A stretch of DNA of 64,000 bases from Candidatus Bathyarchaeota archaeon (GTDB lineage: Archaea > Thermoproteota > Bathyarchaeia > Bathyarchaeales > Bathyarchaeaceae), in the NCBI GenBank assembly GCA_963806645.1, contig CAWDYQ010000005.1:79778-143777 (forward strand), in the 5' to 3' direction. Below are positions 38,817 to 49,363 of the stretch, piece by piece. The translations under genes and the position numbers were made by a program. Each line of letters starts with the position of its first letter. The stretch's first letter is position 1. The notes beneath the pieces were generated by a model. That model worked only from the letters and a program-made list of their open reading frames with translations. It had not been told where the DNA came from and did no database searches.

Positions 38817-39416
38817 AACGTCCGATAGTTCTTTAAACTTTATTGGGCCTTCCCTGAGGATTCGTGGCTTTTTTAAGGTCAAATCAACCACTGTAGACGG
38901 TATCCCTTGAGCTGTGATCCCACCATCTAGGACAACATTCACCATATCTTTCAATTCTTCTGATATTTCCTGAACACTCCTCGGTGGTTTTTCTCCGGTT
39001 CTATTGGCACTTGATCCAATAAGAAGACCACCAGATAAATGGATCAATCGAAGAGCTATCTCATTGTCAGGTACTCTTAAGCCCACAGAATCTTGGTCAA
39101 AGGTAACTATGTTCGGAATTGCAGGTTTTTTGGGAAAGATAAGGGTAAGTGGTCCAGGCCAAAACTTTGCAGCAAGTTTTTTTCCATCCAATGAAATGTA
39201 AGCTGCTTTTTTTGCATCCTCTATGTTTGCTGCTAATATTGGAAAAGGCTTTGTTCTTTTTCCTTTTACCTCTAATAGATTATTTACTGCATCTATGTTG
39301 AATGGGTCGCATCCTAAACCGTAAACTGTTTCGGTTGGATAGATTATGGTACCGCCTTTTTTTACAATCCTGGAAGCAACCGTGATGTTGTTTTTTGTCG
39401 CTTTTAGTATTGGCAT
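38799..39416 (-). CDS. sua5: L-threonylcarbamoyladenylate synthase (Sua5/YrdC family, YrdC domain only)
   Basis: GGTIIYPTETVYGLGCDP, KGRTKPFPIL, LTLIFP and SSANRTGE motifs. 205 aa. Confidence 0.85.
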   Translation of the reverse strand: MPILKATKNNITVASRIVKKGGTIIYPTETVYGLGCDPFNIDAVNNLLEVKGKRTKPFPILAANIEDAKKAAYISLDGKKLAAKFWPGPLTLIFPKKPAIPNIVTFDQDSVGLRVPDNEIALRLIHLSGGLLIGSSANRTGEKPPRSVQEISEELKDMVNVVLDGGITAQGIPSTVVDLTLKKPRILREGPIKFKELSDVLTFSA

Positions 39417-39455
39417 ATCATTGTAGTCTCAAATGGGTGTCAAAACAAGATTGTT

Positions 39456-40151
39456 CTATCTTGCTCTGGATTTAACCCTCGGTCCAAGGAGTGTCCAGAG
39501 CCATTCTACGAATTCTCTAAGGTTTTTGGTTTGAATATAAATATCTCCAGGACCACTGATTTCTGTTACTAATCCTTCTCCTCCAAGAAGTGTAGATTTT
39601 AGTCCACCGAACTTTCTGACTTTATAATCGCAACTATCACTAAATGCTACAAGATGAAAATTATCGACAATCAATGTTTTTCCTGCTTTTAGAGTGTGTT
39701 TGTCGATTGCTCCAAAAGTATTTATGAACAGTTTGCCTTCTCCTGATACTTTTATCATAAAAAGTCCTTGACCAAAAAGCCCTTTTGTGAATCCCTGCCA
39801 TTTCATATCCAAATCCACTGTTTGGGTAGATGCAATATAGGATGAAGATTGGATAATGTAACCTTGATTTGGCTTAACTTCCAAGGTTTCGATATCGCCA
39901 ACCGGAGCAGAAACAAATGCTACTTCTCCTGGACTATTTTGTGCTTGATAATCATTTACAAAAAAGGATTGTCTACCCAACAGGGAGAGACCCAATGTAC
40001 CTAGGAGACTTTTTTCTCTTTTGCGTGTATTTACTTCAATATTTGGTTCCATATACGTCATGGCGCCAGCTTCGGCGGTTACAGACTCGTTGGGATCCAA
40101 TTTTACTACTAGCATCGAATATGACGGTTTATACTTGATTTCATAATCCAA
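39456..40151 (-). CDS. AIM24 / DUF124 (TIGR00266) family protein
   Basis: MDYEIKYKPSYSMLVVKLDPNESVTAEAGAMTYMEP... plus the Gly-rich C-terminal pattern typical of this family. Confidence 0.75.
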   Translation of the reverse strand: MDYEIKYKPSYSMLVVKLDPNESVTAEAGAMTYMEPNIEVNTRKREKSLLGTLGLSLLGRQSFFVNDYQAQNSPGEVAFVSAPVGDIETLEVKPNQGYIIQSSSYIASTQTVDLDMKWQGFTKGLFGQGLFMIKVSGEGKLFINTFGAIDKHTLKAGKTLIVDNFHLVAFSDSCDYKVRKFGGLKSTLLGGEGLVTEISGPGDIYIQTKNLREFVEWLWTLLGPRVKSRAR

Positions 40152-40439
40152 TTTTTTTCACTTCTCCTAAAAGCTGAAGTATTTTACGATAATAAATAAT
40201 AATTGAATTCTTTTTATTTAAATTTAAAGCTATCTTCATAATAATAACAGTGAAAAAAAATTTTCAATACAATTAAAGTCAACCAAGTTAAATTGTCACA
40301 AAAACAAAATTTATTACAACCCAATAAAAAGGGCAACTAGCCTTTTTTCTTTATTTTTTTTGAGAATTTAAAACTGTTTTTAAGCATCACATTATTATTT
40401 GTCATTTTTTATTTTACGTTAGAAAGGTATTGATTGGCA

Positions 40440-42230
40440 ATGGTTCGAATAGCGGTTCTCAACGAAGAACGATGTGAATCCAAACGTTGCGGCAGACCAT
40501 GTTATCGATTCTGCCCACCAGTGAGAAACAAGATTGAAGCAGTAATTTTCGAGGGCGAAACCCCTCAAATCGTGGAAAGCCTATGCGTAGGATGTGGAAT
40601 TTGCGTAAGAAAATGTCCATTCAAAGCGATCTCCATTGTCAATTTAGCCGATGAGCTAGAAACCGATTGCAGTCACCGATTTGGACCCAATACATTCAAA
40701 CTTTTTCGTCTACCAACACCCTCCCCAGGATTAGTCCTGGGTTTACTGGGACAAAATGGTATCGGAAAAACAACCGCCCTGCACGTTCTTTCTGGAGAAG
40801 TCAAACCTAACCTGGGACAATATGAAGAACCCCCAAACTGGACGGAACTTATTCAACATTTCCGCGGCTCGACATTGCAGGATTACTTCCAGCGATTAAG
40901 TCAAGGTAATTTGAAAGTTGTGCATAAGCCCCAATACGTTGATCGAATCTCCCGAGTTGTTTCTGGAAAAGTGGGGGATCTACTAAAAAAAGTTGATGAA
41001 CGGAACAAACTGACACAACTTACTGACCAACTTCAGCTAAAGACCATTTGGAACAGAAACCTGAAAATTCTAAGCGGAGGAGAACTTCAAAGAGTAGCTG
41101 TCGCTGCATCAATATGCAGAGAAGCAGACGTTTACCTTTTCGATGAACCCAGTAGTTACTTGGATGTGAAGCAGCGGCTTCAGGTCGCCAAGGCGATCAG
41201 ATCACTCAAAGACGATGACAAGACAGTTATTGTAGCAGAGCATGATTTGGCTATTCTTGATTATCTGTCAGATCAAATCTGCATTTTTTACGGTGACCCT
41301 GGAGTTTACGGTATAGTATCTCATGTCCACGGAGTTAGAGTTGGAATAAACATTTACCTTGAAGGTTATGTTCCAGATGAGAACGTGCGTTTCAGAAACG
41401 AACCAATAATCTTTGATGTTAAACCTCCGTTACCATCATTGACAGCTGGTCAATCACTACTTAAGTGGACTGAAATAAAGAAGTCATTCGAAGATTTCGA
41501 ATTTCAAGCATTGCCCGGGAGTGTGAAAAGGGGTGAAGTGGTTGGAATATTTGGACCCAACGGTATAGGAAAAACAACCTTTGTAAAAATGCTTGCTGGA
41601 CTTGAAGAAATTGACTCTGGAGAAACATCAACTGAAGATGAACTTAAAGTAAGTTACAAACCGCAGTATATTTCACCACAATATAATGGAACCGTAGAAG
41701 AATTGCTAAAGGAGACCACTCCCAAAGAGTTTGGAACAAGCCTGTACCGCAGCCAGATTCTTCAACCCCTAAAAATTTCTGATCTCATGGAACGTGACAT
41801 AAATGAGCTCAGTGGAGGGGAACTTCAAAGAGTTGCAATTGCGGCATGTCTATCCCGAGAGGCAGAGCTATATCTTCTTGACGAACCCAGTGCTTACTTA
41901 GATGTGGAAGATAGGCTTTCTGCTGCTCGTACGATTCGACGTGTGATCGAAAATAGAAAAGTTACTGCCTTTGTGGTAGAGCATGATGTTGTGGCTCAAG
42001 ATTTTATCGCTGATCGTTTAATGATTTTCTCTGGAGAACCTGGAGTTCGTGGTTTTGCTAATCCTCCAACAGATCTTCGTGAAGGTATGAACAGCTTTCT
42101 AAAGGACATGAATGTGACATTTCGTAGAGATCTGCAAACAAAACGACCGAGAGTGAACAAGGAAGGCTCCAGACTAGACCGAGAACAGAAAGATACGGGT
42201 GAATACTATTACATGCGCATTGAAGAATAA
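40440..42230 (+). CDS. abce1: ABCE1 / RNase L inhibitor-type ribosome recycling ATPase
   Basis: N-terminal FeS domain (CxxxxC...CP; CVGCGICVRKCP). Two ABC cassettes (GQNGIGKTT and GPNGIGKTT; LSGGELQRV twice). ATG 40440. Confidence 0.95.
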   Translation: MVRIAVLNEERCESKRCGRPCYRFCPPVRNKIEAVIFEGETPQIVESLCVGCGICVRKCPFKAISIVNLADELETDCSHRFGPNTFKLFRLPTPSPGLVLGLLGQNGIGKTTALHVLSGEVKPNLGQYEEPPNWTELIQHFRGSTLQDYFQRLSQGNLKVVHKPQYVDRISRVVSGKVGDLLKKVDERNKLTQLTDQLQLKTIWNRNLKILSGGELQRVAVAASICREADVYLFDEPSSYLDVKQRLQVAKAIRSLKDDDKTVIVAEHDLAILDYLSDQICIFYGDPGVYGIVSHVHGVRVGINIYLEGYVPDENVRFRNEPIIFDVKPPLPSLTAGQSLLKWTEIKKSFEDFEFQALPGSVKRGEVVGIFGPNGIGKTTFVKMLAGLEEIDSGETSTEDELKVSYKPQYISPQYNGTVEELLKETTPKEFGTSLYRSQILQPLKISDLMERDINELSGGELQRVAIAACLSREAELYLLDEPSAYLDVEDRLSAARTIRRVIENRKVTAFVVEHDVVAQDFIADRLMIFSGEPGVRGFANPPTDLREGMNSFLKDMNVTFRRDLQTKRPRVNKEGSRLDREQKDTGEYYYMRIEE

Positions 42231-42358
42231 AAAATAGTTTAGAAAATTTTCAAATTGGTCAAAAAGAAAATACCGAAAACCCGCTGTATGAAAAGGGCGA
42301 AACTGTAATATTAGTAACCTAATGAATTAATCAGAAGTAATAAAAAGGCGGGTCTTTC

Positions 42359-43012
42359 ATGGCTGCGGATTGTTTTGAATGTGAAGTTATGGATTGGAAC
42401 TTGTTCTATAAATTAGCCAGACAAGTTGCAACTAAAATTAACAGTTCAGGTTACAGACCTGATATTATAGTGGGATTAGCACGGGGCGGATGGGTTTTAG
42501 CTCGTGTACTATGCGATTTAATAGGAATAAAAGACCTCGTAAGCCTAAAAGTAGAACATTGGGGAGTAACAGCAACACCTGATGGTAAAGCCAAACTGAA
42601 ATATCCGTTAAATGTTGACATAACAGGAAAAAATGTACTCGTTGTGGACGACATCACTGATACCGGAGAAAGTATGCGGGTAACACTAGAATATCTTAAA
42701 TCTCTAAAGCCGTCTGAAATTAAAACGGCAGCATTAAGGCATATTAATACTTCAAAATTTTTGCCAGATTATTTTGGTGAGGAGATAAGCTGGCGATGGG
42801 TAATTTTTCCTTGGAACTTCACCGAAGACATGTGCAATATTATTCCAAAAGTCTGTAAACGTCTCTCAATAAACCCTAAAGACGAAGTTGACGTTATAAA
42901 AATAAAGAACGAACTAAAACAATTTTACACTATTGGTATATCTGAGGAAACCTTAGAAGAAATTCTACAGGAACTTAAACGACGAAATCAAACTAAGGAT
43001 AACACCAAATAG
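42359..43012 (+). CDS. type I phosphoribosyltransferase (hypoxanthine/guanine PRTase-like)
   Basis: RPDIIVGLARGGWVLARVLCDL, VLVVDDITDTGESM and VIFPWN. 217 aa. Confidence 0.8.
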   Translation: MAADCFECEVMDWNLFYKLARQVATKINSSGYRPDIIVGLARGGWVLARVLCDLIGIKDLVSLKVEHWGVTATPDGKAKLKYPLNVDITGKNVLVVDDITDTGESMRVTLEYLKSLKPSEIKTAALRHINTSKFLPDYFGEEISWRWVIFPWNFTEDMCNIIPKVCKRLSINPKDEVDVIKIKNELKQFYTIGISEETLEEILQELKRRNQTKDNTK

Positions 43013-43035
43013 ATTAGGTAATCTGGTTTTCCAAA

Positions 43036-43836
43036 TTAGAACAAAGCATCTTTGAGAGCTGATCCGCATTCACATACCCTGGTTGTGGGTATTTGAGGAA
43101 GTGCTTCTAAAATAAGCTTCTTCAATTGTTGATTACTTTCTTTAGCTTTTTCTATAACCTCTTTTGTAGACACAGGACTTTCAGACCACACATCATAGTC
43201 AGTAACAATTGAGATCGAAACGTAACATAGTTCCATTTCTCTTGCCAAAACACACTCAGGGTAAATTGTCATCCCAACTATGTCGGCTTTCCACATCTGA
43301 AACAATCTGGATTCAGCTCTGGTTGAAAACCTTGGTCCCTCAATACAAACGTATGTTCCACTTTTTTTTACGTCTAATCCGAGTTTTTGGGCATTTTTGA
43401 CGAAAAATGGTCCTAGCTGCTTACAAAAAGGGTCTGCTGCAGATATGTGACAAACTTGTCCGCCCTCATAAAAAGTATCTGACCTTTTTTTGGTTCTGTC
43501 AATAAATTGGTCTGGAATCACAAAAGTTCCTGGACCGTAATCTTCTCGTAGACTCCCAACCGCTGCTGAAGCGATAATTCTTTTGACACCGAGTTGTTTT
43601 AGCGCCCAAACATTAGCACGATAGTTAACTCGATGAGGGGGAATTGTGTGGTTTCTGCCATGTCGAGGGATAAAAGCCACCTTAACATCTTTGTACATGC
43701 CAATGGAGACAAGATCTGAAGTTTCACCGAATGGAGTGAAAACCTTAATTTCTTTAACAGTATCGAAACTATCTTGATCGTAAACGCCTGTTCCACCTAT
43801 TATTCCAATATCCACAGTTTCTTTCATATCCATCAT
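43036..43836 (-). CDS. mtnP: S-methyl-5'-thioadenosine phosphorylase
   Basis: IGIIGGTG, FIPRHGRNHTIPPHRVNYRANVWALKQLGV, and GPRFSTRAES...VGMT are hallmark MTAP/PNP-family motifs. Confidence 0.9.
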   Translation of the reverse strand: MMDMKETVDIGIIGGTGVYDQDSFDTVKEIKVFTPFGETSDLVSIGMYKDVKVAFIPRHGRNHTIPPHRVNYRANVWALKQLGVKRIIASAAVGSLREDYGPGTFVIPDQFIDRTKKRSDTFYEGGQVCHISAADPFCKQLGPFFVKNAQKLGLDVKKSGTYVCIEGPRFSTRAESRLFQMWKADIVGMTIYPECVLAREMELCYVSISIVTDYDVWSESPVSTKEVIEKAKESNQQLKKLILEALPQIPTTRVCECGSALKDALF

Positions 43837-43967
43837 CCCTGTATTGTCTATGGTAATACGTCAAAAATCAATTAAAACAATTTCTACTCTAAAAGGTTCA
43901 ATTTTCTTGATATAACACGTAAAGGTTATCTTTCAATATATGCATTCACTTTATTTGAGGGTGAAAG

Positions 43968-44438
43968 TTGACTAACTTACTTAAAATACTCATAGTTTAC
44001 TACAGCCAAACAGGTAATACTGAAAAGATGGCTAGAGCAGTTGAAGAGGGAGCAAAGTCAGTTGTGGGAGTTGACGTTGAAGTAAAATATTTTGTAAAAC
44101 CTGAGGACGCTAGCAGATTCAGATGGGATAATTCTGGGTGCACCTACTTATTATCATGATATGGGCATAGACATGAAAAATCTTTTAGAAGGGGCAGCTA
44201 AGGATGAGATTAATCTTAAAGGTAAGGTTGGAGCAGCTTTTGGGTCCTATGGTTGGAGCGGAGAAGCTGCTAACTTGTTGTTGGAGATTATGAAAAACCG
44301 TTTCGAAATGGATGTAATAGAGCCTTCGTCTGCGGATAAAATATAATCCAGACATCGAAAGGTCTAGAAGAATGTCGTCAACTAGGAAAAACTGTTGCTG
44401 AAAAAGTCTTGAAAAAAAGTTTGAAATCGGACCTTTAG
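43968..44438 (+). CDS. flavodoxin-like flavoprotein, two frame breaks
   Basis: GAGGGTGA SD and TTG start. ILIVYYSQTGNTEKMARAVEEGAKSV (FMN-binding loop), then ...GAPTYYH/DMGIDMKNLL...GSYGWSGEA, then a third piece LEECRQLGKTVAEKVLKK...*. Confidence 0.7.
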
Positions 44439-44673
44439 TTGTGCACCCAATTTTTGTATGTGTAACGCTATTAAGACTCGATGGGTTAATTAGGTCTATA
44501 TAGATTAAATATCTATATATATACTATTTTAGAAAAATATTTAGATCCAATCAACTTATGTTTAACATGTTAATTAAATAAAGAATAAAACAGGTTGGAT
44601 TTTTCAGATTCATGAAACAATCCAAGCGACAGGTTTTTTTGTTTAGTATTAAAAGTATATTGGAGGTGAAAAA

Positions 44674-45637
44674 ATGAACGTTGAATATGATGACAGACTT
44701 CCAATAAACCCTAAAATAGCAATAATCTTGGATTTCAATTCTAGTTATTGTAGGCCATTTTCGTAGCAGTCTTCTTCTTAACAATGTGGGTTAACGTGCC
44801 GGTAGGCAATGCAGTTATAATGGTTGACCCAGTGGGCGGAACAATCAGCGAACCAATCCTAGGTCCAACTTGGGCTAACCAAGGCTCCTTGGGTCAACCC
44901 CGTCCAAATCAAAGTTTCAGTAGACATCATTGGGAATGTGGGGTACCGGAAGCGATCCAACCGCAGACTTTCCAACGGTGAAGAGTTTTTCAAGAGATCA
45001 ATTGGAGATGGATATCGATATTATGATGAGGTGGAGGCTTGATGCTTCAAAGATTACGATATCTGTATGAGAATCTACCCCAAAAGAACTGGAAAAAGGA
45101 TATTATAGCATCTATCGCGAGAGAACAGGTCAGAATAGTTACAAAAGACTTCAGCACAATTGAAACAATTGAGCAGAAGAGATTTTGTGGCACAAACCAT
45201 GCGAGATGCTATTTGGAACAAAATTAGTACATCTGCTCCTCTAGCTGGAGCAATAACAGACTTTGAGTTTGAGCTCAGAAATATCGGATATCCAGCACGA
45301 TACACCTCATCGATTGAAGACAAACTGGTTTCAGAACAGCAGAAGATTCAAGCAGACTTTCAAAGACAAATAGTGGTTATTAACGCCACTGCGTATGCTG
45401 AGAAAATTACTATAGAAGCAGCAGCAAACGCAAATGCAACAGTTATTGAAGCGAACGCTACAAGAGAAGCTATTGAGTTGGTTCTTGAGGCTGCAGGTGC
45501 AGACTCAGGTAATGAAACTAGAATTGCAGAACTTTATCTGGTAGGTACAGACTCTTCAACAAATAGCTCCAGACATTGACATGCTAATAATGGCTCCTGA
45601 CGGAACTCCTATACTGTTACCTTCACCATCTTCATAA
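44674..45637 (+). pseudogene. SPFH / band-7 (prohibitin-like) membrane protein, heavily frame-disrupted
   Basis: GGAGGTGA SD and ATG 44674. Pieces across at least 5 frame changes: WVNVPVGNAVIMVDPVGGTISEPILGPTWA; VKSFSRDQLEMDIDIMMRWRLDASKI; LYENLPQKNWKKDIIASIAREQVRIVTKDFSTIETI; FVAQTMRDAIWNK...IEDKLVSEQQKIQADFQRQ...; TLQQIAPDIDMLIMAPDGTPILLPSPSS*. Confidence 0.6.
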
Positions 45638-45686
45638 GAGTGACAAAAAATCACTCTTTCCTCTTTTTCTTTAAACTACATATTTT

Positions 45687-46140
45687 TTAACAATTAGTTG
45701 TTTCTAAATTTTTCATCATTTGATCTGCTAAGGTTTTTAGCTTCACATATGCCTCTTCCGAATTTATAGAAGCAATAGCCTGTTTTTCGAATGGGCACAC
45801 ATCAGTTTTGCTGCGGTTCATTATATTAGACACCTTGTTTGCAAACCGGTATGTCAATTTTATTATCTTTGAGCACCTTTATTCCCGGACCACTTATGGT
45901 CATTGCAAACACAGAAGAAACCCTAGCGTAAACACAGAGCATTGCGGCTGCTACTCCCACAATCTTATCCGCAACTGACGATTTAACTAAATTTTTATCC
46001 AGGTTCTCAATAGCCTGCAAAAAACCATTTATTCCAGGCTTTTTTGTTTCAAAAATGACTTTTTCCTTCTTTACGATCACAAGGCTAAGATCTTCGTTTT
46101 TCAATCTCAATTGAGCAATATCTAAATCTATATTTTCCAT
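45687..46140 (-). CDS. DUF1893-like protein, one frame break near 45850
   Basis: LSLVIVKKEKVIFETKKPGINGFLQAIENL...DKIVGVAAAMLCVYARV matches my recollection of DUF1893. After a 1-nt shift it continues FANKVSNIMNRSKTDVCPFEKQAIASINSEEAYVKLKTLADQMM...*. Confidence 0.55.
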
Positions 46141-46335
46141 AAGTCATCACCAATTAACCAGTGAAAGCTTAGAAAAACGTTTACTTTTTACCAATCATTA
46201 AATTACTCTGTTATCATTCATTGTGCAACAAAACAGCCTGATTACAATGATACTCAAAAACCATATTCTGTTTGAGGAACACACATAAATCACATATCCT
46301 AAATCTTCTAATAACAAACCTGGAGACAGAAAGCT

Positions 46336-46899
46336 TTGGGCTTCTTTAAAATGTTCAAGAAACCAAAAACAGAAGTCACACTGAAAATTCCACAAGAATC
46401 TTTTGCCTTAGGATCAAAATTTGAAGGCACAATTTCTGTAATATCCAAAGAAGAATTTGATGCTTCAGAAATAAGAGCTGAACTTCGTTGTATCGAAAAA
46501 CGCAGACGTGACGAATGGGTTTATAATGAACGTCTTCGACAAAACGTTCGGCGAACATATTGGGACTCAGTTACTCATCTCTCTGAAGATTTGAAAGCTA
46601 GTGGTCCAATGCATGTTGTACCCGGATTTAGAAAGACATTTCCTATAAACGTGAACATTCCTGTGGGGGGACTTGAAACATTAGACAGTATGGATGTAAA
46701 CGTCACATGGTTAATCAAAGGTGTAGTAGCAGTCAACGATCGCCCTGATGCTACTAGCGAAACTTATGAACTTCAGGTTTTCAGGAATTCAGCATCCACA
46801 GTCAAGGAAGTGCAGATGGTACCCTGCGGGTATTGTAAATCTTTGATGCCTTCCACTTCAAGTTCATGTCCGATCTGCGGAGCACCTAGAAAAAGTTAA
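46336..46899 (+). CDS. Spo0M-like (arrestin-fold) protein with a C-terminal zinc ribbon
   Basis: (M)GFFKMFKKPKTEVTLKIPQESFALGSKFEGTISVISKEEFDASEIRAELRCIE... follows the Spo0M/arrestin-N-like pattern. The C-terminus carries CGYCKSLMPSTSSSCPICGAPRK. Confidence 0.55.
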   Translation: MGFFKMFKKPKTEVTLKIPQESFALGSKFEGTISVISKEEFDASEIRAELRCIEKRRRDEWVYNERLRQNVRRTYWDSVTHLSEDLKASGPMHVVPGFRKTFPINVNIPVGGLETLDSMDVNVTWLIKGVVAVNDRPDATSETYELQVFRNSASTVKEVQMVPCGYCKSLMPSTSSSCPICGAPRKS

Positions 46900-46947
46900 G
46901 ACAAGAAAAAATATTGTACTTTACCATTTTTTCGAGAATGGGAATTG

Positions 46948-47974
46948 TTATTTATTTTGTCCTTTACTTAGAATTTGTTCTATTATTCCTATGACTTGTT
47001 TACCGCTTTCAGCGGAAATAGGAACATCTGTATCGTTTTCGATAGAATCTATAAATCTACGGATAAGCTCAGAGTGTCCAAAGTAAAGGTTTCGTGCAAG
47101 TAATCTTACTCCTGAGTTTGCTGTTTCTTTAGTGTATTGCCACATATAATTAAATGAATGAGATAACACTTCAAATGCAGTATGTTCTCCTCCCCCGGCT
47201 AACTCTAATACCGTGTCACGGAAGAAATCTACTAGCATTACGCGTTTTGTCCCCATAACCATTAAGATCCACTCGTCCCTGGGAGCATCAAAAGCAAAAC
47301 GAAGATACGCTGAGGCGTCAGTAGGATTTTGAAGCCATAAGAGCCTCTACCCGGCTAAATGGTTGAGGATTATCTTCAAACTTTGTTGTAGAAGCCCATT
47401 CAACTGATACATCACCAAGAAACTCAAGAATCGAATAGAGCATATGTGGCGACTCATCGAAGAATAAGCCCCCAGGAAGTGAAGGATACCATGTAGGTAA
47501 GCGTCGTTTTAAATTTGATAATTGTAAAGCGACAGCTCCTGTGACTTTTCCAAGTTCGTTAGAATCACGAAGCTGTTTAACCCTTTTCATAGAGCGAGAA
47601 AACAAGAAATTATGGCTAACACACAGTTTTACATTGTTTCGGCGCGCCGCGGCTATCATTTCTTCTGATTCTTTCGAATTCATAGCGAATGGTTTTTCTA
47701 CAAGAATATGGCATCCGGCTTCTGCTGCTTTAATTACAAGTTCATGATGAGCAAAAGGCGGAGTGCAAATAACAACTATATCCAAATCTTGCTTGAGAAG
47801 ATCTTCAGTGGTTTCATAGTAATTGGGTATGTTAAATTTTTTAGCAGCTTTTTTAACACTTTCCATCACACTACTTGTAACAGCCACTATCTCAATTCGT
47901 GGATCACGTAGGAATGAAGGAATATGCCGAGTGGATGCCACCCAGCCAGTTCCGATTACACCAACTTTGTACAT
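46948..47974 (-). CDS. Gfo/Idh/MocA-family NAD(P)-dependent oxidoreductase, one frame break near 47290
   Basis: MYKVGVIGTGWVASTRHIPSF Rossmann N-terminus, ICTPPFAHHELVIKAAEAGCHILVEKP. The C-terminal domain continues in ORF 46948..47262. Confidence 0.75.
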
Positions 47975-47980
47975 TATTTT

Positions 47981-49148
47981 TCACCTAAAGAATTGTATAC
48001 TGAAAGAGTACATAGCAGCAACTGCATCCCAGCTATATCTTTCCTTATATTTTCGTTCAATGAATTCGCGCGCGTTTTTTCCGAGTCTTTGGGCCATTTC
48101 AGGAGACTCCACTAAACAGAGAATTGCATCTGCTAGTTGCTTCACATTTCCTGATTCAACAAGAAGTCCAGTTTCATTTTGGATTACTAATTCGGATGTA
48201 CCTGCAACATTAGATGCAACTGTAGGTAACTGCGAAGCCATGGCCTCTAATACTGTGAGTGGCATTCCCTCAGTTAAAGAAGGGCGCACAAATATTCCTC
48301 CATCCTGAAATATTGCAGAAATGCTGGGAACTTTTCCAAGAAAAACAAAATTTTCACTAAGCCCTTTACTTGCAACCAATTCCTCAAATTGTGCTTTGTG
48401 TGGGCCATCTCCCACAATCTTGAACTTAATTTTTCGTGAACTTCTTGCGACAATTAATTCCGCAGCTTCTATAAGATATTTAAGACCTTTGTTGGGTAGA
48501 AGGCGACCAACAAATAAAACATTACAGGCTTCAGCATCAGAATTGACGTGTGCAGGTAAAAATCCCTCTAGATCGACACCGTTTTGTATCACTACGACTT
48601 TTTCTGGCGAAACACCAAGTGTAAGCATATAATCTCGAACAGATTTGCTGACTGCGATAACTTTATCGCTTGACGATTAACGTGAATATTCCTAAGCTGT
48701 ATTCATAGAACGAAGCAGTCAATGCTTTTAAGCGTCCAACTAATGCCAATTTTCGGACATCGCCCAAATGAGCTGTTATCACCAGTTTTTTATTAAAGAC
48801 ACGTTTTAACAAAACTGCCAATACCGATGTTGTAAAGAATATGTTGTGGGCGTGGATTATATCGGGACAGAAGTCCTTTGCGACCTTAAATGCACTAAAA
48901 ACGTTTTTTGGGAAACATAACTGGAGACCAAAATTTTCTGTTAAATCAAATGCAGGTAGTCTACAAACGTTGATTCCGTCAATTTCGTAATTGTCTTGTG
49001 AAGGACATTTTCCAAGTGTGATTACTAAAACTTCGCAGCCTTTTTCTGCGAGTCTTTTAGATGTTTCATAAACTACCTTTTCGACGCCACCGCCAATTTG
49101 TGGATAAAAATAGTCGCTAAGCATTAAGACTCGAAGCTTTGAACTCAT
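47981..49148 (-). CDS. GT4-family glycosyltransferase, one frame break near 48650
   Basis: MSSKLRVLMLSDYFYPQIGGGVEKVVYETSKRLAEKG (ATG 49148). The C-terminal half carries FVGRLLPNKG and EGMPLTVLEAMASQLPTVASNVAGTSELV. The connecting text VIAVSKSVRDY lies in a shifted frame. Confidence 0.8.
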
Positions 49149-49363
49149 GAATCTCGCCAATAACGGTGGATTGACGTATATTTTTCGGTGCGTAATATAA
49201 GCATAGTGGTGTGCAATTTTTTGTGTTTTATTATCGTTGCTTGAATGTTTTTGGATGAATATAAGATCCGTTTTTATGTTTGAATCCAAAAAGAATGATT
49301 TTTGAGAAAACTTATTAGGTTAAGTGTTACTGTTTATGATAATAGTGTTACTGGAGTGGTGAC

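Noticed and set aside
44551-44784. Minus-strand ORFs in promoter or intergenic regions: 44551..44784, 46198..46395, 50328..50612, 50632..50853, 5925..6128, 38150..38410.
   Set aside because: They have no SD, a low-complexity composition, and overlap better-supported genes or AT-rich promoter DNA.
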